DNA of 46,497 nt from Phoronis australis. Lineage: Eukaryota > Animalia > Phoronida. Location of the stretch: assembly GCA_002633005.1 (NCBI GenBank), contig NMRA01000119.1, positions 881,233 to 927,729 of the forward strand. Direction: 5' to 3'. Below, piece after piece: positions 35,601 to 46,497 of the stretch. Positions within the stretch are counted from its first letter, which is position 1. Every line of letters begins with the position of its first letter. The notes beneath the pieces were generated by a model, which did not search any database, had not been told where the DNA came from, and was given only the letters and a program-made list of their open reading frames with translations. Made by a program: the position numbers and the translations under genes.

Positions 35601-38600
35601 TCATTCATATTGACAAGGTGCCCGCAGGCGTGTACCAAAAATTGCGAGTAGACGGTACTTTTTCAGCAAGTTTTGCAGGACCCATGTGAAGTCCGCACAA
35701 AAGGGGGTGGAGCAGAGAAAACTGCCCCACAAAAAGGGATGAGGCAGAAAAATTTACCCCACCACGGGGGTGCAGACCTGGCACCCGCAATAGGGGGTCT
35801 CTCAGCAAATTTTTGGGACACGCCTGCGGGCACCTGGTCAGTATGAGTGAGCTGGGGTCTCTCTGCTATGCTACTAGTAGTCTGTTGTCTTGTTGAGCTG
35901 ACAGATAGCGGCGTAAGGCTATGACATGGGGATTTTTAGCCATGTTTTTCAATACCTGTACAGTTGTGTTTCCCGAGGCGTTGGTTTTTGTTGCTGTTTA
36001 TACATGGCTATGATGCACAACGCCCTCCCATCACTCTGGATCCAAGGCTCAGGGAGACTGCATGCCCTGATTCACATTTTTTGAGAAAAGGGGTACCCTA
36101 TAGAAGTCGGAAGGGGAATTTTTTAAATCATCTGCTATCGTCTGATTATTCAAGAAATATGAGGACGGCCAAAATCACCCATGACTCAATTTTCAGAATC
36201 AATACAATTAAATATTGGCTTGAATTTCAGTGTCCCAAATTTTAAAGACTAAACTGAAGAATTTTTACCATAATTTGTTTTTCAGGTATGTCCTAATGCT
36301 GTTAGCCTAAACACAGATTGCAAGATTGGAGACAGAATTGACTTGTTGCAAAAGCTTGAATTGCTGATAGATGAATTGCAGGTAGGTTTGCAACTCACTA
36401 TTACGTCAGCTATCAAGTGGAAGATTGAGAGCAAATGAGCTTAAAGTCTAGCATACTTTTTATTTGCTTTTATTTGTCCTTTCCAAAGCCTCATTAACCA
36501 CATCCCGTGGACACAATTAGTGACTGAAATAAGTTCATAAACTTTGTGAAAATGTTCAGTTGGGTTTGCAAATTATACAGTAGTATTCCACCTGAATGAG
36601 ATCAAACAACAGGGTATAAAATAAATGACTTACCTTGGTACTTGTGCACCTGTAAGAACTGATTATTGATGAATTGTCTGGCCACCAGCCACAACTGCGT
36701 AGTGCTAGACTCGCATGACTTAGTTACCCTGTGCTTCAGAAATGGAACAAATTCAACTCGTTTTGCAACTCACACACAACTAGCATTCTGAAAACTGCCC
36801 AGGTATTTTTTGTTCATTGGTGGCCAAATATACATGATACTTTGTGTGTTCTACGTTAGTCTTTGGGATATGGGTGGAAGATTAAGCATCGCAGTAAGCT
36901 TCTCTCAAACCCCATTAGGCAGAGATCTCCAAAGGCAATGTCATGGCGTTTTTGCCTTTGTTTGAATTGAAATTGATTAATTTCTCTTGGAACTTCCCTG
37001 ATGGTCGTACTGTCGTGCGAATCTAAACTGACCCGCCTTGACAGGCAACGTGGTGTATCTGGTCTAAGGTAATAATGTCACGTCGGGTCTTCTCGCGTTT
37101 GGAAATTACTGCTAATTTGTACAGAACAAAGTCATACCAATTTTGTGATGATAAGTGTTCAAATAAAAAGTTGGTTTTCAATAGGAGACGTCTGTGTATT
37201 GTCCCTTTAATTGACCTAGATCTTTCAATCTCTGTTGCAATATTATCCCAAAAGATTTTTCTAAAATAAGCACTGCGTGTTTGGTAACAATTGTACTGAA
37301 TTGTGTCACTAATTGTGGAAACTATTTTTATCAGGTTCAGGGATGAAAACAAAATTTAAGTTCATTCTAAAGTCGGTTTTTGTGAACTTCTTGGTTGAGG
37401 AAATGCTTATTGAAAATCATTATGTCTTCTTTAGGCAATATGTACTCGCATTCGGCTAAACTCTGAAAGTGGAAATATGGTTGCAGCCAGAATGCAGGCC
37501 AGTGATGACAGTTTGGTGCAGATCAAAGCTGGGAAAGCAGAGGTTTGTATTTATTTGTTGTGTGCTGTTGAAAGTGGGTAAGAATAAAGCCAACGCACTT
37601 TCTAGCAAACTGTGTTTAGATGCTGAGTAATGTCAACTAGAAGTAGCGGCAAATTCAACAGGAAACAAATTACCTTGTACTGACATTTGTTTCGTCTTGA
37701 GTAAAAGTACACAGAAACGGCCTGTGTCTGTGTCTCGTCTTAGGGTTGTTTGGTGTCCCTGACTTTATTATGGAGTATAAAAACATATTACAATTGACAC
37801 CCAAAATACTCAGTGAGCAACTCGACCTCCACAAGGTGGCACCAGTAGACAAAAGCTCACCTTTTTTCATCTGCTTAGAGTGAAATAAAAGGCTGTTTAC
37901 TAACACGGAGGCATTTGTATTCCAAAGTGCCAGGTGTCTGAAGAAGGATGAATGCATTCTGTTATTTCTGTGGCACCACCTAGTGAATTCCGAATTCCTT
38001 ACTGGCTATGTATCCTTATGATAAAGTTTGAATTCTTTGCAGTTCTAAGCTACAGTTGTTGTGTTCTCAAATGTTTTCAGATTGACAGGCGAATTGCCGC
38101 TTTCATCGAACATAAACAGACGGACATTGATGACAGTAACAAGAAAGAGTTCTGTAACTTTGACTTTCAGGAAGGTTTGATTTTATTTAGTGTGATTATC
38201 GCCATGCATGTACTTATTTTGCATAAAAATAATTTCCAAAATTATCCTTTTCCATTTTTCAAAGGCATTTTTCAAATAACAGGAATTTTAGCAAATGTTA
38301 TTGTACTATCTACACACTACAATCTGTGCTTCTAAGAGACTGAATTGTCCTTAATCTGTACCTTTTGTGGAGTAATATAATGAAGTATAATTTCATTGTC
38401 GGCCATGTTGTGTGCTAAATAAGTGAAGAATGACAGTAAGCGGTGACTGAAATATTTAAGTCGTCGTTTTTAAGTTCAAAAACTGACACAAAATTGATGT
38501 TTTTTTCCGCATTTCCAGTATGCAAACAGATCATAACTCCCCCACCCCCCTGCGTTTACATGACCTGTATGTACTGCGCAGTTTTCACCAAACAACTGTT

Positions 38601-41600
38601 GGTAAAATTTTGAGCCCTTACTGTGATGTGGGAAGCCTTCAAAAATGGAAAAAGGCATTTTTAGCAGTTAGGTTTGTCTCAAATTTAACGATTTGTACTG
38701 TATTCATCACGACATATAAGATCCACTATTAACAAAATATTTAAAGACTTCAAATATATGTAATACAGTAATGAAAAAAAATTATGTTTTTCCATTTTTT
38801 AAATTATAAAATCTCACTAAATTATCTCAAAATGAGTAGTAACATAAAAATCATGAAGAATTGATCTACATTTTTCGCTGAATTATGCCAATAACTTGCT
38901 GCACACCATGTTTGTTGTTTCTCTAAACCAGAAAAAGAACAATGCTACCTTCAGACTAAATGATAAACTACTTCAACACGTCTGCTGCAAATCGATTGTT
39001 GGTTGATTTGTAACCATAGTCATGTACTTTTGTAATTCATTATTCCTAATTTTTGGTAATTAAAAACTTAAAATATTAGATTTATAGTATCTACTATTGA
39101 AGTACGTGAATTCCAGCTGGAACCTCAAATTTCGTGAGAACATCAGATTCCATGAATTTGTGTTTTCTGTTGCGGAAAATCAGGGACTCTAACTCAACAT
39201 TTGTTGGTAAAAACCTGTTGGGAATTGCGGTTTGGTCAATCAGTACTTGTCAGATCTCATATTTTCTCAATTTTATTTAGAAGTGATGAGACTGTAGCTC
39301 AAATTGTCGATACTTTTGTTCACAGGAAGTGAAGACTCTTGTGCAAGAACCAATGCTGTGTTTGTTGCAAGATCGGACTGCAAAAGTCATGTTAAAGGTT
39401 TGATATCAACTATTTAAATGGGTGGTTCCACTCTACTTTTGATATACTCTTGGAAATCGAGTTGACATTTTTTTTTTTTTGCTGTTATAGCAATCTTGGG
39501 GGATTTCACGACCTTTGAAAACACCAAGTTTGAGACATACACAAGGGATAGTTGTCTGTGAATGTTCCATAGGCACATGCACAAAACGAACGATGACTTT
39601 TAATAATACGATTCATCATTGTAATTGAATATCGTAGTTGATTGTTGAAGCCCATTTGCACCTTCTTTTTTTAGTGTCGAAAGTTGTCAATACGTATGGT
39701 CCACAAACAAGACAGTTGGGAAATGGCCAGTCTGTTCATAGACCATCCTCTATGTCACCATCATCTCAACAGATGTCTTCTGCATTATCAAGGGACACAT
39801 CACAAAAGGCTCTTGATGAAAGGCTTGTAAATATGGAGACACATATGAAGTGCACACTAGGTATGATCTTTTTGTTTACGGTAAAATTTCTCCAGTTTGG
39901 GACAGTGGAAAATCGATTATATTGCTCAAGGTCAGAGCTTATTCCAAATTCTAGAAGTAGGCTTTATTGGCCTTTGCAAATTCAGGAGTCATGGAAAAGA
40001 CATCAAAATTACCCACTCAGTTGTTTGAAAACGCATTATATGAAATTTGAGAAATGTAATGAACGCTAAAATCGCCATTGTCCCGAATTCCAGAATGAAG
40101 AAAAAGCAATTTTCGCTGCTCCAATTCTTGTTTCTTACTCAGATTAAGTTTGCAAATAATTTCAAAGTTTGAAATCATTTGACAGGTTTCTAGTGCTTCA
40201 CACAAGGCCCATGAAGTTAATTGTCTCGTTTGATTAGTTTCAATCTTCATGACCATGACGGGATTTGCGGGCGATTTTAATTTAACTAATATCAATTCAA
40301 ATAACACATAGACATGTTATGGCACTGACTGCCAAAAAAGTTGTTTTTTAATGTCGGATAATCGTTTACAGCAGCTTTAACTATTTCGTAAACATTTAGT
40401 CTGGTCTACACGCCTCCTGTTGGCCACATCACATGACCTAATGAACATAAGCTGGTTCAAGATTTACATACGCATATACTTTAAATTGTCAGGTAAACAG
40501 CACCTTTCATGGCTCCTACCCATCATGTATGACTTGGAATAACTGGAAATGACAACAAAATATTTCCATGCATAGAAATATGCTGGGATAAATAAAAATC
40601 CTTTGTTTTGCAATTCATTATGGGATGCAGTGTCGCTGTAAATGCATTTCAGGAAAAGGTGCGAGTGCCAGTGATGTTTACGAGCGTATCAAGAATTTGG
40701 AGAACAGGATTCTGTTTCTGGAGAGTGTATCACCAGAATATTTTAATGTCATGGTATGTGCCAAGTCCTGTTTAGGGTTCTGTGAGGACACGGGCAATTA
40801 AAATTTTTATTCTTCAAATTCTTTATTTTGCGTAACATTATTAAAACTGCTATCAAGATCTCTGTCAAAAACTAACTTTTCATCAAGACCACTTACTATG
40901 ATAAAACTGGTCTGGACATGTTCCTGACTCCGTTAGTGATTTCTGGACTTGCAATGAACTTGCAATTTGTTGTTGCTAAAGATCAGACTCATTTTACACA
41001 CTGAGCATGACATCAAGCAATTAATGAACTGCGAGCTCTTCCGTAACCCAGAAGTCGCTTCTGATGTGAGTAATGACTACATTGTGACCAGTTTTATAAC
41101 AGAAAGTTGTCCAAATTGAAGTTAGTTGTGATAGAATGTTTGTTTTTTTATTGTCACACAAAAAAATGGACATTTCCTCTTCAATATGGCTGGTCTGTTT
41201 TTGTCACTTATTGTTTATGCTGAATAACTATCGCTTCTAAGTATTCGCAGCTATGAGGGACTTGAGTCTAGTTTTTGTAGAATTTGCTGGCATGGTTGAC
41301 TCATGGACATGTCTGACTTTTGGTAGTTTTGACCTTTTAGTTTTGAACTTTTAAAGACCTGTAGTCAGTGAACTTCAAATGATGAAGCAATGGAAATTGA
41401 CTTTCTTTCTGACTATCTGATTTACCTAAAGGGGCAATAAAGCCCACCTTCGATCAATGATCAACTTTTGATTTTGACTAATTGCTATTATAACATTGGT
41501 CTTTTCTTGTTACATACTGAGATGAGCAATGATTTCTTGACCTGGCGAGAAATGAGAGATTTTTATTGCTTCCAACCAGGCCCATTTAGTAAATTGTCAT

Positions 41601-42367
41601 GGTGGGTTTGATTCAATTGCCAACGCAAAATGGTTTTCAATGCAATTCCAGACGATTTATTGCAACTGATTTTTAATCAAACAAAGTATAAAAAGATGAT
41701 GCTGTTCTGTAGGAAGGACAAGTATGCCTGTGGTTTAAGTTCGTGGTCTATGTCTTTAAAAATTGAGCTCTCAACTAATTTTTTATGATTCTATTCTTTG
41801 TATTTTTATTTTTTGTATTATAGCCAAAGCTCAACAAGAAACAACGAATTGGTGATGCTGGAACTTCAAAGACGTCATTTACAAAATCCCATTTTGATGT
41901 AAGATTTTGAAAGAAGTCTTTCTGATTTCCCCTTCTAACTAAAAGATCAAAATATGGTGTCACAAAGAGTATGGACTTTTGAAAACTTAATTTAAAAGGT
42001 GTAGGTATTTCATTATACAAGCGACTGGTACCGATTAATCTTCGGTAGTAAGCATACTTTTGGAATGACGGAAATACAAGTACACTCATTTGATGCACGT
42101 GGGTAAAGAATGGGATAGTACATGAGGTATTTTTCAAATTGTATCCGTAGGTCACCATAAAATATGTGAATTCAACATGAACATTTTGAAAGTTAAAATT
42201 CTCTGTATTTTGCTATGCACAAAGTCTTTACTTTATAACTTAGGTGGTCAAATGTTTTAAATATATATAATTTGGTGAACTTTTTGCTTTTGTTGTAGGA
42301 TATGTCGGTGAGAGAAATTGACGAGAGAATAAAGCACTTACAGTCAAAACTGAATGGCAAGGGATGA
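29695..42367 (+). CDS. MBIP: MAP3K12-binding inhibitory protein 1 (ATAC complex subunit; 9 coding exons, 282 aa)
   Basis: Coding exons: 29695-29742, 36286-36381, 37435-37542, 38081-38174, 39326-39397, 39675-39860, 40653-40753, 41824-41898, 42299-42367. All GT-AG and in phase; total 849 nt. Peptides VQIKAGKAE|IDRRIAAFIEHKQ..N.KEFCN, SCARTNAVF..KSHVK|VSKVVNTYGPQT, LDERLVNMETHM, DVYERIKNLENRILFLESVSPEYF and EIDERIKHLQ match recalled human MBIP. Exon 1 (MYLKETIESLVNFCNT) is the least certain part. AATAAA at 42561-42566. Confidence 0.9.
30414..30977. other. Assembly gap (564 N) in MBIP intron 1
   Basis: Run of N. The right flank begins with a MITE terminus, CCCCCCAACTCAAATTCCTGGATCCGCC, which is also seen at ~1312-1345. 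Confidence 0.99.
31426..31666 (+). mobile_element. Truncated Tc1/mariner-type element (left TIR plus frameshifted HTH N-terminus)
   Basis: A TIR-like TAGTGTGTCCCAAAAATG is followed by an ATG at 31553 reading MRITESNQFSFEEQKFITQYYWK-(frameshift)-TENTKELRRQ, which resembles recalled DUF4817-type transposase N-termini. Confidence 0.45.
32488..32714. repeat. ~54-bp tandem repeat, about 4 copies
   Basis: Repeated unit GCTATTCTATATT(G)ATGGTCATGACCATGGATTTAGAGTGTCTATATAT. Confidence 0.75.
35601..35850. mobile_element. MITE / long inverted repeat in MBIP intron 1
   Basis: A ~44-bp imperfect inverted repeat: TCATTCATATTGACAAGGTGCCCGCAGGCGTGTACCAAAAATT at 35601-35644 versus its complement at 35806-35850. 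Confidence 0.6.
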
Positions 42368-43074
42368 CACTGACTCTAACTGAATACATATGTGGTTGAT
42401 GGCACATTGGGTTTTCAGTGCCTACCATTTTACCCAGGCCAGTCCATTTTCATGGTGGATATGCAACAGTCAAATTATGTTACAAAGAACCTGCTTCAAC
42501 ATTCACTTGTTTATGATGTTCGCAAATCAACTGTACTGTAAACAAGGGAAATTAGGTCAAAATAAATTTTTAGAGAGATCCTGGAAGGGTTTGTTGTAAC
42601 TCGGAAAACTGTATTCGTGAAGACGGGGCTGCCTACAATACAAAGTGGCAGATAATGGTACAAAAATAGTGAAATAACTGGTATTCTCATAATATGTAGG
42701 TTTAGGAGCAGACCATGGGACCCCTTCATGCAATTATGGACATGACCAAACAGCACCATCAGCACTTGGGCCCTACCTTACAACGTCCTCGATCCAATTC
42801 TTATCAGGAAGATTTCAAACACTAAGTAGAGTACTAGGCATTGACATTGTATTCAAGGGCTGTTTATGTGAAGTCGTGAAATACAAGTCTGTGATGCAAA
42901 ACCACTTTGTTTACTTCTTTGCTAAGCCGATGTGAATTTGCTTACAAGTTAACACCATGGAGGTGTATTTAAATCAAGGCAGTCACAGACAGCAGTATTC
43001 ACTGCACAAAACAGCATCCCTACGTGGATGTTCGAAAATCAATAGCCGCACTTACAACAGTTGAACCAGTGTAA

Positions 43075-43109
<35 letters not shown>
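43075..43109. repeat. (GT)n microsatellite
   Basis: Run of about 15 GT units between the MBIP and H1 3' ends. Confidence 0.9.
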
Positions 43110-43112
<3 letters not shown>

Positions 43113-43983
43113 ACACTACAGGCAAGGTGACAACGCGCCGATCATTTTTGACACTGGTACTCTGTCACATGATACAAAAGTTGACACAAACCAGCTGTCA
43201 TGGAAGTATGTGAAGCAAAATTACTTCTGCAGGCTTTATTGCAATGTTGTACATGGGATTTGTAGCCCTACTTTTCAAAAATAATTTACTTTCAAGGGCC
43301 TTTCATACTAACGTCGAGGCATCGATTGTTTGGGGAGTTGCGGTCAGTATGAACACTTAACTCCGGTCCAATCGAAGTACCAGGTGCCACTGTTAATTTC
43401 ATTTAGCACATTTAAATGCTCCCAAATTGTCCCATTGAAAAAATCTTGGAATGCAGCACTACCTTGCGATAACTTCAATGACGTCAACGTCACCAACCCT
43501 TTGTTTCGATGGTCATTAACTACCAAAGCCAATATGAACGGACCAGTTAACTGTGCTGTTTATGTCAACGCTCTGCTCAGACCGGAGTTTAGTCAATATG
43601 AAAGGGCCTAAAGTAACAAAACAGTATATTTGGTGAAATCTGAGTAACTGTCAAGTATAGTGAATTTTGTAGCTTCCTGTCGTTTCAGGTAAGCCAACAC
43701 AGGTGGAAAGTAGAACTGAAACGGAGGGTAGAGATTAATGTCAGGAGATTGCCAAAGGAACCAAGACATCACAAGATATTGAGATACATTTTCAACATCA
43801 TGGTTAGAATTTCTTGCTGCAAGACAGACATTGGACTCTACCCTGCTGTAACTAGTGCCATAGACCTAGAGATTACAACATTTCTTGAATGACATGTTTA
43901 TTGCCTTGATCAAGACCAAATGACAGTGAAATGGGTATTTACAATGATTATGGCTTTTATCAAAAGATCTACAGTCCAGTCAA

Positions 43984-44737
43984 TTACTTCTTGGCTGCTG
44001 CCTTTTTGGCTGGTTTCTTTGTCGTCTTCTTAGCCGGCTTTGCAGTCTTCTTGGCAGGCTTGGTCTTCTTCGCAGGTTTTTTCGCCGCAGCCTTCTTAGG
44101 GGCTTTCTTTGGAGACTTAGCAGCCTTCTTCGGAGACTTGGTAGCCTTCTTAGCTGGTTTCTTAGCTGGCTTCTTTGCTTTGGGCTTCTTTGCAGCAGGC
44201 TTCTTTGCTGGCTTGGGCACCTCACCTGAAGACAATGAATTTAAGCATTTATTAAAATTGTTTTCCGTGGTTATGTAGCTTAATTCGATTGCAAGTGAAT
44301 CGTGCTAGATCAGGATATAGAAAGGGCAACAATATAACAAGTATATTCATAACAAGATGGTATTTACTGGGGATTAACACACTGGGCTAAATAAATCAAT
44401 TTGGTCCATAACAACCTGCAACCTGAGCACTACTTGTGTTATTATAATACTGGAAGACGAACTTACCAACTTTGAATGAACCACTGGCACCAGTGCCCTT
44501 GGCTTGCTTCAGACCTCCTTTAGCAACTAGTCTCTTCAGAGTTAGTTTCACTTGCTGAGCACAGTTGTCGCCGACTTTGTAATTGGCCTGGATGTACTTG
44601 ACAATGGCTTGGCGAGAAGAGCCAGTTCTTTCCTTCAGAGCCTTGACCGCTGCTAGGACCATATCATTGTATGAGGGGTGGGCAGCCGGAACCTTGGGCT
44701 TGGACTTGGATGTCTTCTTTGGAGATCCTTCAGACAT
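43984..44737 (-). CDS. H1: Linker histone H1 (H1.0/H5-like, probably replication-independent), 2 exons, 170 aa
   Basis: Exon 1 (44737-44467) encodes MSEGSPKK...[37 protein letters not shown]...[11 protein letters not shown], the winged-helix globular domain. A phase-1 GTAAGT...TTCAG intron spans 44466-44226. Exon 2 (44225-43984) encodes the K/A/P-rich tail with SPKK repeats and ends in TAA. AATAAA on minus at 43902-43897 and 43240-43235. Confidence 0.95.
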
Positions 44738-44809
44738 GATCGTTTGGTTAAGACTTCGATGATACTTTGTCAACGAGTGATTTGTGAATACATCGCAGTT
44801 GAAAGCTGG

Positions 44810-44910
44810 GCGCTTATTTGTTGATAAAACCCCGACGCAATAGAAAGCACTCGAGTCTGTTCCGCATAAATCCAATAATGGCGCCCAGGTTGACCGAGTT
44901 TGTGTTTGTT
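44810..44910 (-). promoter_or_regulatory. Histone H1 promoter with H1-box (AAACACA) and TATA-like element
   Basis: AAACACA on minus at 44907-44901, the conserved H1/AC box, ~165 nt upstream of the ATG. TATA-like CAAATAAG on minus near 44820-44813. CCAAT on plus at 44872-44876. Confidence 0.55.
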
Positions 44911-46497
44911 GCGTTGTATTTTAGTAAAAATATTATGAATTCCGAAATATATGGGTATTACTTTTACGTTTCTCTTTAAGGAAGAAAGATTGGTCTTTCG
45001 AATTCAATGCTTACCCAAGTCGTGAAGCTAAATACAAGCCAAGAAATGAAAGTTGAAATTGGACTTGTTGAACAAAGTTTTTTAAAAAATCACTTTGTCC
45101 TATATTTTCTTCCATTTAGCGATAACCATTCGAAATAATTGTTAAAAAGAAATGTAAAGCTGTCCTTCTTCTTGCCAATTACTTACTTTTGGTACTATTT
45201 GTCAAATTTTTGTTAGTGAAATTTCCATCCAAATTTGTCATACTAACACAGAGATGCGATGGGCGGCCATTTTCTTATCGGGGTGTTCGGTTCGCGGATC
45301 ATTTTCAGGGGCACTTGATCAGAATTTAGCCATCCCTAGTTTGCGGCATGGTATATCTCAACAGACCAACAAATTGTTTCCATTGTCATTTTATTTTACC
45401 CGTACATACATGCCTGTATTAGAGTGGACCCAGGCGATGTAACATTTTTGCACCCCACTGATCCCGGCGACTGACTTGCGAGCGAGAAACTAACGCGATG
45501 GTCAGGGCTACATGTCTATCGGCGTGGATGGAAACTGCCAGGCCTAAGTCTTAGCCTTTTTTGCCTGAAGAAATAAATAGACAACAAATTTCGTTCCACT
45601 AGATCGTTAACTTGACATTATGGAAGCCCTCTTGAGTTTGTGGGTCATATGGAGCAGTCACTGCTGCCGACACGGCGGATTTGCAAAGTCGGCATGGATC
45701 GTAGTAAATCGTTGTCAAATGACCCCCCCACTCCCCATGTCAAAATTGGAGAACTTGACATTTTCGTATTTTTGCTGAAGAATGTCAGAAAAATAAAACA
45801 TTAAAGCTGGATTTATTTTTGTGTGACACTACTGAGAGAAACACCAAACAAAAACCTGAATGGTCGTGAATGAACTGAATTTCATCATGCATGTGTCGTG
45901 CCCGCCTAAATACCAATTTTCACAAAAAAATTCTTGTTTAGGCCTACATTATTTTTTTTCTTGTCGCCTTTTAGCAGTCGCACACCTGTTCTATCGCCGG
46001 TGATTCTCTTCAGATGGAATAACTGGTAGGCCCACCACTTGTGTCAATGTTAAATATAATTGTTTAATTGCCACAACTTGTTTTATTGACCTGCATGTAT
46101 AATACACGTGCAAGTAAAATAAAGATTATTATATACAGTTTCTGCAATATTCAAATTTGAAAAACCTTTTGGTTTAATTTTCAACTAAAAGCACTGGAAA
46201 GCCGTTTTTGACATTTCTCCCGCAAGGCATGTGCTTTTTCAGTCACATCATGATCCATAACATTTATCTGCTCCAAATACAAAACAATCGCTTTGAACAG
46301 CATTTCATCATAAGAACGAGGTAAACATTTGAGTTCATTAGATCGGGTTCAACATCAGCAAAACGTTCTGAGGATTTAGTAGGCCTACTAAAGGAAATGT
46401 GTCATAATCATTGAGTGTTTTGTTTTTCTTCTCAAAACACTGCATTGCAAGAGGCTTCAAATATTTACTTACCCCAGTTTTAATGACCAGTTGGAAA

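Noticed and set aside
43931-44278. Hydrophobic 115-aa plus-strand ORF resembling a membrane protein
   Set aside because: It is the antisense shadow of the Lys/Ala/Pro codons of the H1 tail.

Overview
AT-rich, intron-containing eukaryotic DNA from a draft assembly (one 564-nt N gap, several single-N joins). The gene and repeat content suggests an invertebrate animal; the taxon cannot be fixed from sequence alone. Three genes can be reconstructed exon by exon with GT-AG junctions and consistent phases: LACTB (minus strand, 7 coding exons, 522 aa), MBIP (plus strand, 9 coding exons, 282 aa) and an intron-containing linker histone H1 (minus strand, 2 exons, 170 aa). LACTB and MBIP are head-to-head with only 218 bp between their ATGs. 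The left ~19 kb is mostly transposon-derived: two near-identical ~1-kb TTAA-terminated Kolobok-like ends, decayed transposase exons, several MITEs and a minisatellite. It also hides a spliced ORF missing from the ORF track (6164-7092 and possibly beyond) that packs an NLS, a PCNA PIP-box, a SUMO-interacting motif and a p97/VCP-interacting motif into 81 residues. All protein-family assignments come from motif recognition by eye and recalled sequences, not from database searches.
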